Source: Gammaproteobacteria bacterium (GTDB taxonomy: Bacteria; Pseudomonadota; Gammaproteobacteria; GCA-001735895). From it: a stretch of 64,000 bases of DNA. This document shows positions 19,123 through 27,713 of this stretch, one piece after another. The stretch lies in assembly GCA_050306135.1 (NCBI GenBank), contig JBNLGQ010000042.1, forward strand, positions 1,233 through 65,232, read 5' to 3'. Positions within the stretch are counted from its first letter, which is position 1. Every line of letters begins with the position of its first letter. The notes below the pieces were generated by a model that saw only the letters and a list, made by a program, of their open reading frames with translations, was not told the DNA's origin and did no database searches. A program made the position numbers and the translations under genes.

Positions 19123-20601
19123 ATGCAAACCTATAAATATTCAGCAAGCATCATACTCACGCGTGGGCCGGATGATAACCCGGAAGTTTATCTTGCTCGT
19201 CGTGCCCCCAAGATTAAAATCTTTGGTGATTTCTGGGTATTCCCGGGCGGTAATGTCAGCGAGATTGATTGTCACAGAGAGGATGATACCTTAGAGCAGG
19301 TTTTTGCACGCTGTGCAATTCGTGAAGCTTTTGAAGAGTGTCAAATTTTGTCAGCTACATTAGGCAAATCTTTTAGTTCTGATGAAAAACAAAAGCTTAA
19401 AAACACGTTGACTCAATCACCTGATAGCTGGAAATCTTTCATCTCTGATTTTGATCAAAACTTCAAACAGTTAATACCGGTATTTCGCATCAGCACTCCA
19501 CCTTTCACACCACTACGGTATGACACACAGTTTATGCATGTACGTGCAGTAGATGATGAAGTGCCTTCGATTGATAATTATGAGCTAGTCGAAGACTGCT
19601 TTATTAAGCCTGCAGCAGCAATCAATGCCTGGCTTAAAGGTAAAATGAAAATTGCACCACCTGTATTACAGATGTTAAAGCTACTGGATGAAAAAAAGTT
19701 ATCCGGTTTCTATGAACTAACGGCTTCAGCAAGCGAAGCATTACAGCAAGGTGATTTGCATCAGATATATTTTTCACCAGGGATATTCATAGCTCCTCTA
19801 TTAACCGATACCATTCCACCTGCTACAACCACCAATACCTTAATTGTTGGCACAGAGAACCTTTATATAGTTGACCCTGCCACGCCAGATGAAAGAGAAC
19901 AGCAACGTTTATTCAAACAGCTGGATCAACTGCTTGGCAATGGCTGCAAACTTAAAGCAATTCTCCTCACACATCACCATCCTGATCATGTGGCTGCGGT
20001 TAATGCACTAAGCCAGCGATATCAATTACCCGTACGAGCTCATGAATTATGCTACCCCAGAATTGCAAAAGGGTTTATTAAAGGGGACGCACTAAAAGAT
20101 GGTGATATTCTTGAACTAGGGACTGCTCCAGATGGGACAAAAGGCTGGCAACTAACTGTATTGCACACACCCGGGCATGCGGTAGATCATTTATGCTTTA
20201 TCGAAAACAGATATCAATCAGCTATTGTTGGCGATATGTTATCAACGGTGTCAACCATTCTGATCAACCCACCTGAAGGTCACATGCAAACCTATCTGAA
20301 TAGTTTACATCGACTACTGGCATGCAATATCAAGGCACTATATCCAGCGCATGGTCCCGCGAAAAGTGATGGTGCCGGTTTGATTAAGTATTACATCAAA
20401 CACCGAGCAGATCGTGAACAGGAAACACTGTCTGCATTGACAAAAACGCCTCAAACCATCGAACAGATATTGCCCAGCGTTTACAATGATGTACCTGAGT
20501 CGGTATACCCAATTGCGAAGCGTTCTCTGCTAGCGGAGCTTATCAAGCTGGAAGAAGAAAACAGGTGCTGCCAGAGTATACAGGGTTGGAAGTTAACGTG
20601 A
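19123..20601 (+). CDS. Two-domain hydrolase: N-terminal NUDIX-like domain fused to C-terminal MBL-fold metallo-hydrolase
   Basis: A NUDIX-box-like segment (GGNVSEIDCHREDDTLEQVFARCAIREAFEECQI) lies in the first 100 aa. The MBL motif THHHPDHVAAV (HxHxDH) plus downstream His/Asp ligands lie in the C-terminal half. The gene starts 23 nt after the MFS stop. Confidence 0.65.
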   Translation: MQTYKYSASIILTRGPDDNPEVYLARRAPKIKIFGDFWVFPGGNVSEIDCHREDDTLEQVFARCAIREAFEECQILSATLGKSFSSDEKQKLKNTLTQSPDSWKSFISDFDQNFKQLIPVFRISTPPFTPLRYDTQFMHVRAVDDEVPSIDNYELVEDCFIKPAAAINAWLKGKMKIAPPVLQMLKLLDEKKLSGFYELTASASEALQQGDLHQIYFSPGIFIAPLLTDTIPPATTTNTLIVGTENLYIVDPATPDEREQQRLFKQLDQLLGNGCKLKAILLTHHHPDHVAAVNALSQRYQLPVRAHELCYPRIAKGFIKGDALKDGDILELGTAPDGTKGWQLTVLHTPGHAVDHLCFIENRYQSAIVGDMLSTVSTILINPPEGHMQTYLNSLHRLLACNIKALYPAHGPAKSDGAGLIKYYIKHRADREQETLSALTKTPQTIEQILPSVYNDVPESVYPIAKRSLLAELIKLEEENRCCQSIQGWKLT

Positions 20602-20648
20602 AACTATTGGCGTTTAGATAGTTGAAAACTTTCTCTGAAATAATTTTA

Positions 20649-21215
20649 TTAGTGCTTTCTCATACGAACAGGTCCCTGATTTTGTGGCAGCCTGCCTTTG
20701 ATGTTTTGATAATAATCAGCAATAATTTCCATATCTGCATCAATATTACCACTAGGGTATAAAACTTGATCAAAGCCCATTCTGCGATTGCCATAATCAA
20801 TATAAGCTAAACAGATGGGCACTTTCGCTGACCTGGAAATATGATAAAAACCACTTTTCCAATACTCTGCTCTTGAACGAGTACCTTCTGGCGCTAAGGA
20901 AAGTACCATGTCATCTGCTTCCTCAAATCTTTTGGTGATCTGCTCAATGAAGCCCTGCGAGGCACTTCGATCAACAGGTATACCACCAAGATAGGTGAAC
21001 AGATAATATAAAGGGCCCCAGAAGATCTCTATTTTCCCCACCCAGGAAATCTTAATATCGAGTGTGCCAAAGGCGAGGAGAGCAAGTGGAAAATCCCAGT
21101 TACTGGTATGCGGAGCGCCTATCAGAACGAATTTCTTTTCTTCAGGTAGAACAATATTAAGTTCCCAGCCGATCAATTTTAAAATTTTATTTGAAAAAAA
21201 CTTAACAATGTTCAT
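20649..21215 (-). CDS. Lysophospholipid/1-acyl-glycerol-3-phosphate acyltransferase family protein
   Basis: HX4D acyltransferase motif (APHTSNWD) in a 188-aa protein. Confidence 0.65.
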   Translation of the reverse strand: MNIVKFFSNKILKLIGWELNIVLPEEKKFVLIGAPHTSNWDFPLALLAFGTLDIKISWVGKIEIFWGPLYYLFTYLGGIPVDRSASQGFIEQITKRFEEADDMVLSLAPEGTRSRAEYWKSGFYHISRSAKVPICLAYIDYGNRRMGFDQVLYPSGNIDADMEIIADYYQNIKGRLPQNQGPVRMRKH

Positions 21216-21402
21216 TGTTGTACTATTTTATAACTATGGTGGGGCAATAGTTAGACATCGCGGATTAATAATCAACATAAAAGAATAACTGATGTATGAA
21301 TTAATCAGAGCCGCCTAAACTCAAAAGCCTCAAAAACTATTAACTGAATAGATACTGGGTTAAAATTAACTTACACAGAATTTCTTTTAGGAAAAGTCAA
21401 CA

Positions 21403-21999
21403 ATGGATACATCACTAATTATTTTCCTCGTCGTTATTGCTCTGATTATCTTTTACATAATCGGTATTTTTAACAAACTGGTTTCTCTCAAAAACCGTTA
21501 TCTGAATGCTTTTTCTCAGATAGAGGTACAACTGAAACGTCGCTACGATCTGATACCCAATCTGGTGGAAACCGCCAAAGGCTACATAAAGCACGAAAGA
21601 GAAACACTGGAAGCAGTAATTCAGGCTCGAAATACTGCGGCCAATAGTCTGCAGAAAATTGCTTCTGACCCAGGCAATGCCAGCGCCATGGGTGAATTGA
21701 TGGGTGCAGAATCAAAATTAGCCGGTGCTCTGGGTAACTTCAATGTATTGATGGAGGCCTACCCTGATCTGAAGGCTAGCGAGAACATGATGCAATTAAG
21801 CGAAGAGCTGGTGACTACTGAAAACCGGGTGGCCTTCGCACGACAGGCATTCAATGATCAGGTGATGGAATATAATGCTTACCGTCAATCCTTTCCACAA
21901 ACGATTTTTGCCGCTACCTTTGGCCACCCCAAAGATGCCACATTACTTAAATTTGAAGATAGTGCTGCAATACAGTCTGCACCAAAGGTTTCATTCTAG
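21403..21999 (+). CDS. LemA family protein
   Basis: N-terminal TM helix followed by conserved LemA region ([36 protein letters not shown]). Confidence 0.8.
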   Translation: MDTSLIIFLVVIALIIFYIIGIFNKLVSLKNRYLNAFSQIEVQLKRRYDLIPNLVETAKGYIKHERETLEAVIQARNTAANSLQKIASDPGNASAMGELMGAESKLAGALGNFNVLMEAYPDLKASENMMQLSEELVTTENRVAFARQAFNDQVMEYNAYRQSFPQTIFAATFGHPKDATLLKFEDSAAIQSAPKVSF

Positions 22000-22014
22000 T
22001 TTCATCACATTGCT

Positions 22015-23982
22015 ATGAATTTTTTTGCCTCTCAGGCACAGGCTCGCAGGAATACTTTTCAACTGGTTGTTCTGTTTATTCTTGCGGTCTGCTGTTTCAT
22101 TGTGCTGACAAATCTGGTTGTGATGCTGGCAATAGGTTTTTTTAAAAACTCTCAAATCACCGACTTGCAAACCATGATCCAGAACATGGACTGGTGGAGA
22201 TTCGGTATGATCGGGCTGGCGGTATGGATAGTGGTATTAGCAGGCAGTATCTATAAAATCATCGCATTATCAGCGGGTGGTAGAGTGATTGCTGAGGCCC
22301 TTGGGGGCAAACTTGTTTTACATAATTCTACTGATCGAAAACATCGACGTTTACTCAATGTAGTCTCTGAGATGGCGATAGCATCCGGAACCCCTGCACC
22401 ACCTGTTTATATCATGTCACAGGAGCACGGTATTAATGCCTTTGCTGCCGGCTACTCTAGCCGTGATGCCGTGATTAGTGTCACTCAGGGCCTTGTTGAT
22501 CATTTAAACCGTGAACAGTTACAGGGCGTTATAGCGCATGAATTCAGTCATATCTTTAATGGCGATATGCGACTTAACATCCAGTTGATAGGCGCCTTAA
22601 ATGGCATTCTGATCATCGGCATCATCGGTTATGAATTGCTGCGCTTACCATTTCGAGGATCGAGTTTCAGGTTAGGTAGTAGAAGCCGTAGTAGCGGTGG
22701 CGGAGATGCCAGACTAACCTTTGCCCTGATTGCTCTGGGGCTAAGCCTGATGATTATTGGCTACACCGGGACCTTTTTTGGGAATATGATCAAGGCAGCG
22801 GTCAGCCGACAACGTGAATATCTTGCCGATGCCTCTGCCGTACAATTCACCCGCAATCCTAAGGGGCTCGCAGGAGCATTAAAACGAATTGGAGGATTAG
22901 ATACAGGGTCACGTATGCAGGCCTCTGCTGCTGTCGAAATCAGCCATGCCTTTTTTGCTCAGGGGGTTTCCAGCTTTGTTGAATCTCTATTTGCCACACA
23001 CCCTCCGCTGATTAAACGTATAAAGCGAATCGATCCCTACTGGAATGGACATTTCATTACAAAAGATAGAATAGATACGGAAATGGCGAACGAGAGTTAT
23101 AAGGGAGCGGTTTCCTCTTTTGCAACTGATTCCTCGTCAGCACCAACGTCTACTACCCAGGAGTTAAATCAGGCTGTGCTAGCTACAGGCGAGCTAACGC
23201 AACAATCCATCGAACTCGCACGTACCCTGTTATCAGATATCTCCGCCAATATTCGTCAAACAGCTGAAGAGCCATTCGGTGCCAGGGCTGTCATCTATGC
23301 TTTACTCTTAGATAAGGCATATCCCGTTCGTGTTAAACAACTGGAACAGTTGCAGTACCATGCCGAGCGCGAGGTTTACCTGTTAACGCAGAAGATCATG
23401 TCAGAGATGGATGCCCTGGATATTCGTCTGCGCCTGCCCCTGATAGATATCACAATCCCTGTACTGAAGCAGCTTTCTAACCATCAATACCAGGCCTTCC
23501 GAGACAATGTCTCTTCTCTCATGGATGCCGATGGAAAAATTAATCTGATGGAGTGGTCACTACAGAAAATCCTGTTCAATCATCTAGATCAAAATTTTCA
23601 TAACCAGCCTAAGCTCATAGCCAGGTCTGCCGGGTTATCACAGCTCAAGGTAGAGGTTAGCATTGCTTTATCATTGTTAGCTATTGCTGGTCATAGCAAA
23701 ATTGAACAGGCGAGAGCAGCCTTTAAGACTGCGGTAACTCATCTTAAACTGGAGCATATAGACTTCATTGAGAAAAAAAAGTTGAAACTCTCCGTAATAG
23801 ATAATGCTTTGCAGAAATTACAGCACATGTCTTTAATGAATAAGATGGCATTACTTGAGTCCTGCATATTATGCATAGAACATGACCAGGTCAGTTCCAG
23901 CAGAGAGGTTGAAATATTGCGTGCATTTTCATCCGCAATAGACTGCCCTATTCCTGTGGTGGTTAATTCAAATCGGCCATAA
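22015..23982 (+). CDS. M48 family zinc metalloprotease (HtpX-like) with long C-terminal extension
   Basis: HExxH zinc motif (IAHEFSHIFNGD), several TM segments and about 300 extra C-terminal residues. Sits 15 nt downstream of the LemA gene. Confidence 0.75.
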   Translation: MNFFASQAQARRNTFQLVVLFILAVCCFIVLTNLVVMLAIGFFKNSQITDLQTMIQNMDWWRFGMIGLAVWIVVLAGSIYKIIALSAGGRVIAEALGGKLVLHNSTDRKHRRLLNVVSEMAIASGTPAPPVYIMSQEHGINAFAAGYSSRDAVISVTQGLVDHLNREQLQGVIAHEFSHIFNGDMRLNIQLIGALNGILIIGIIGYELLRLPFRGSSFRLGSRSRSSGGGDARLTFALIALGLSLMIIGYTGTFFGNMIKAAVSRQREYLADASAVQFTRNPKGLAGALKRIGGLDTGSRMQASAAVEISHAFFAQGVSSFVESLFATHPPLIKRIKRIDPYWNGHFITKDRIDTEMANESYKGAVSSFATDSSSAPTSTTQELNQAVLATGELTQQSIELARTLLSDISANIRQTAEEPFGARAVIYALLLDKAYPVRVKQLEQLQYHAEREVYLLTQKIMSEMDALDIRLRLPLIDITIPVLKQLSNHQYQAFRDNVSSLMDADGKINLMEWSLQKILFNHLDQNFHNQPKLIARSAGLSQLKVEVSIALSLLAIAGHSKIEQARAAFKTAVTHLKLEHIDFIEKKKLKLSVIDNALQKLQHMSLMNKMALLESCILCIEHDQVSSSREVEILRAFSSAIDCPIPVVVNSNRP

Positions 23983-24164
23983 GTTCATGGCATAGGCATT
24001 AAAGCAATTGGGTAGCGTTTTCAAAATAAGACAAGCTTGCGAACAGTGGCAGAGACAGGGTCAACAGCAAGAAGAGTGCTCAGATCTGCTGAGAATAACT
24101 GGCCAAGACGATTCAATCAGAGCTTCCATAGCCCCCCTGAGTTACTCCAGAATTAAGGCGGCAG

Positions 24165-24914
24165 CTACTCAGGAACAGTAAGCGAATAGCTTTTCATTAT
24201 CCTGGAAAAAACACCATTCGCCTTTATCGCTGCCAGGCCTTTATTAAATGCCTCGATAATTTCCTGGTGACGTGGATTTTTGTATCCGGATGCGATATAT
24301 AAATCACGATGGGAAAGCGAGTTTTCCGAAAACCTTACCTGGTCTAACAACTTGGGATCTTCCTTCGCAATGCGCTGCCTGGCGACAATTTCATCTTCAA
24401 GCGTCAAATCGATTCGCTTTGATATAATCTTTTTCATATTCAGCATAAAGTCGGGAACGCCGAATTGTTTAAACCCTTTCGCGTTGGTAAATTCTTCGCT
24501 GTAAACATATCCCCTGATAACCCCGACCCTTTTCCCACTCAGACTTTTTATTCCATCAAATTCAAACGGATCATTTTTCAAGGCGATAAATTTAATATCA
24601 TTACTGGCGTAAGGCTTGCTATACATGAAATCCTTCGTCCTGGCTTCGGTAAACCAGACGTCCGGGAGAGCATCGTAGATACCAGTTTTAACACCGTCCT
24701 CAGCCCTTGCCCAGGGGATATTTTTATATATCACGTCATAGCCCTGAGTTTTATAGGCAGCCCTGATGATTTCAAGCGACAGCCCCTGCTTTTCGTCTTG
24801 AGGATCCACGTATGGTGGCCATGGATCTGCCGCAACGACGATGGCTTTTTTTTCAGCCCCATTTACCGGTACTGAAAACAATATTGCCATCAGAATAGGT
24901 AAAATCAGTTTCAT
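24165..24914 (-). CDS. Periplasmic solute-binding protein (family 3, amino-acid-binding type), orphan
   Basis: Signal peptide on a 230-aa SBP_bac_3-like fold. No adjacent permease or ATPase. Confidence 0.6.
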   Translation of the reverse strand: MKLILPILMAILFSVPVNGAEKKAIVVAADPWPPYVDPQDEKQGLSLEIIRAAYKTQGYDVIYKNIPWARAEDGVKTGIYDALPDVWFTEARTKDFMYSKPYASNDIKFIALKNDPFEFDGIKSLSGKRVGVIRGYVYSEEFTNAKGFKQFGVPDFMLNMKKIISKRIDLTLEDEIVARQRIAKEDPKLLDQVRFSENSLSHRDLYIASGYKNPRHQEIIEAFNKGLAAIKANGVFSRIMKSYSLTVPE

Positions 24915-25136
24915 CTTTTATTCCTCTTTAGTTTTTTCAAAAGAGCCTTCCAGAAACGCAGCGAAAGACCTCAATACCTAAATTATTCATTAACCTGAGA
25001 TGACATCAGCCCGCCTGGGATCTCCAAAGATACTTTTACCCTGGACAGAAGGTGCTGACAGGGTATTCCCGGCTCTATCTATACCAGCTCGGACTTCTAA
25101 GCATAATCCCGAGAAGGCCTTGACCTTGACAGAATC

Positions 25137-26666
25137 TCACCATTTAAAACCCGCCAAATGGCTTGTCAGCAAATCGGTTTGTTCATTGAGACTACGGTTA
25201 CAGCTCCCAGCCTGAACCAACTGGGAGTTGGACTCCTGGGCCAATACCGACAGGCGTTGTATATTCTGGTCCAGTTCCTGTGTAACCTTCGACTGCTCCT
25301 TAACAGCTGATGCGATGTGTGTGGACATATCGTTTATCTGCCCGATCAAGTCATTTACCGAGCGCAGAGAGCCCAGGGCCTGCGCAACAGTCTCGACTCC
25401 CTCACGACTAGCCTGACTACCGCTGCTAAATAATTTTGCGCCAGCTTCACTGCTGCTGATCAGGCAGTCAATTTTAGCGCTGATCTCCTGCGTTCCCTCT
25501 CGAGTCCTCTCGACCAGTGCATGAACTTCATCTGCTATCGAAGCAACTCCATTTTTGTTCTCCCCTGCCTGGGCAGCTTCAGCAGCTACATTACGCGCCA
25601 ATTGCTCGCCCTGCTCCGCGATCCCCCTCATAATAGTCGTAATTTCAGCTACTGCATCGACATCCGACTTCAGTGTCGTCATCGACTCTAGGGTTTGCTG
25701 AAATGTGCCATCGAGTTCCTGTATGAATTTAGCAGTTGACACCATATAAACCTGAGACTTTTGGATATCTTTATGCGCGTTGTCAGCTGCTGTCGATGTG
25801 GCTTGTGCATTCTCGGCTATATCCAGGGTCGCTGTGGTACTTTCGGTAACAGCTGTAGCAATGGAATCTATTTCAAGAGTCTGCTCAGAAACCAGCTTAC
25901 GACTGATATCGAAAGATGCATCCAGGTCGGTTGCTGTCTGGTGCGCCTGGCTAGCCACCTGGCCTACCGCAGACATGGAGCTTTGCAGCTTATTCATAAA
26001 GCGGTTAAAGTGCTCCACCAGTTGACCGATTTCATTGTTCTGGGTAATTGAAAGTCTTTGGGTAAGATCCCCTTCCCCCTCGGCTATATCCCGCATGGCA
26101 TCACTAAGCTTGAGTATTGGTTTCCTGACCAACCACTTCAACAACAGGTAAGTTGCGACGGCCAGACCAAGACAGAGAACCAACGCCCGGATAATCGAGG
26201 TGCTGACCAAAACGTTCATCTGCTGGGTCACATAGTTTTCGTTAATATCAAAATAGACTGTCGCTATCGGCTCTACGCCGGCATCGTCGAGGTAAATCTT
26301 CAATGTGGTAAGGTTTGTATCTTTCGGCAGGCTGTCTTGCGTTTGAACACCCTCATTATTATGTTTCCAGAAACCTTTCCTGAATTTATCTTTTTCAACA
26401 ACATATATACCATCAATAACCTTGCTGTTTACCGCAGAGATAAGCACTCTGTCCACGGCCTCCATTTCATAGTTCCACAAGGCCGGTGGCAACGACAAAG
26501 AGACAAATTCACCAATCTCCGCCGCCCGTTCTTCAATACTCCAGTACCAGCGATTGGAATTGATCCGATAATCGATAGCGATACTAATGCTCATAAACAA
26601 AACGATGAACAAAGCTGCCCAAAGCGTAATGCGAGCAACCAACGAATAAGATTTTGCTGATTCCAC
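25137..26666 (-). CDS. Methyl-accepting chemotaxis protein (periplasmic sensor, HAMP, MCP signalling domain)
   Basis: Two TM segments, a HAMP region, and a C-terminal highly conserved MCP signalling domain rich in A/Q/S/T coiled coil. Confidence 0.85.
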   Translation of the reverse strand: MESAKSYSLVARITLWAALFIVLFMSISIAIDYRINSNRWYWSIEERAAEIGEFVSLSLPPALWNYEMEAVDRVLISAVNSKVIDGIYVVEKDKFRKGFWKHNNEGVQTQDSLPKDTNLTTLKIYLDDAGVEPIATVYFDINENYVTQQMNVLVSTSIIRALVLCLGLAVATYLLLKWLVRKPILKLSDAMRDIAEGEGDLTQRLSITQNNEIGQLVEHFNRFMNKLQSSMSAVGQVASQAHQTATDLDASFDISRKLVSEQTLEIDSIATAVTESTTATLDIAENAQATSTAADNAHKDIQKSQVYMVSTAKFIQELDGTFQQTLESMTTLKSDVDAVAEITTIMRGIAEQGEQLARNVAAEAAQAGENKNGVASIADEVHALVERTREGTQEISAKIDCLISSSEAGAKLFSSGSQASREGVETVAQALGSLRSVNDLIGQINDMSTHIASAVKEQSKVTQELDQNIQRLSVLAQESNSQLVQAGSCNRSLNEQTDLLTSHLAGFKW

Positions 26667-26903
26667 CTAATCATCCTCTGCTATATTTATTGGCTCCTGT
26701 TACGTAGATTCACCTGAAGTTCAACAGGTCTATAGAGCACCCATATTTAGGTATAGCGCCAGATAAAGCCGACCTTATTCTCTGACAGGTCTGTAACAAA
26801 TGTAATTCTATGTTCTTGAGTCTAGCATCCCAGTAAAAATTTTCTCGGTATCAATTTAAGTTATTTAACAATTGTCAAATTCATTATAAAGGATACTTAC
26901 AGA

Positions 26904-27038
26904 ATGGCTAAAACTGCCACCAAACAAATAAACATGGATAAACATGGACATATATGGATATCTACCAAATGTCATGACAAATGTGTCCATAAACTCAAAG
27001 AATTGAGTTTTTATGATTCTGTTGATGCCATGTTTTAA
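26904..27038 (+). CDS. Candidate small ORF (44 aa) rich in His/Cys: MAKTATKQINMDKHGHIWISTKCHDKCVHKLKELSFYDSVDAMF
   Basis: ATG preceded by AAGGA 11 nt upstream. Below the ORF-track size cutoff. It lies in an otherwise ORF-free 750-bp gap. Purely sequence-derived and may be non-coding. Confidence 0.2.
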   Translation: MAKTATKQINMDKHGHIWISTKCHDKCVHKLKELSFYDSVDAMF

Positions 27039-27420
27039 ATTGACGGAGGTTTAGTAAAAAATGTGCTGACATATATTCGGGCTCATGTTTGAAAGCTTTG
27101 TAGCCTTCCGCCCCTGATGAAACCAGCTCTAACTGGCACTAAAGAATTCTTTTAGTTATGAGCTTAAGTAAGTGCCATTCGGGTTAGATTCACGTTAAAA
27201 CAAAAAGTTAAATTGTTGCCCAGCTCTTTTACGGTCGTGAGTGGTGTGGTGTATTGTACTTAACAAACTAAATAGCGGCTTCCTCGTTACCTGGAATAGT
27301 GTTACGTTTTCCTAAAGTGAATGGCAGCTCGTGTGCACCTTACAACCAATTGTAAAACACAATAAAATATGAGCTATCAAATCAAAATATCTTCTTGTTT
27401 GTGTAAGATTGTATCCAGAT

Positions 27421-27702
27421 TCAAGCTCCTAAACACCCATCAACAACACTTACAATTTCATTTTCTATTTGAGTACTCAGCATGCGTAACATCATACTAA
27501 GATTTACTTTGAGGTGAAAATTACCTTCGTCTATTTCAATGCTTCCGTTGAGTCCCTTGCGGCGAAATAACAGGATCTGGTCACTTTCCCATTCTGATCG
27601 GACTTCGAATCTGTTCTCTATATCTTTTTTAAGTTCATCAATCTTGAGCTTTAATTCATCTATCGAAAATTGATGGGAGCGAGTAATAGTAATTGCTGAC
27701 AT
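27421..27702 (-). CDS. Small PHA-system-family (TIGR02610-like) protein of unknown function
   Basis: 93-aa protein matching the conserved pattern of that family (RSH..., F.V.W..., L.F.R.G..G.I, L.V.L.ML). It is the last gene of the operon, 11 nt after the giant gene. Confidence 0.5.
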   Translation of the reverse strand: MSAITITRSHQFSIDELKLKIDELKKDIENRFEVRSEWESDQILLFRRKGLNGSIEIDEGNFHLKVNLSMMLRMLSTQIENEIVSVVDGCLGA

Positions 27703-27713
27703 TGCCTGTGGTT

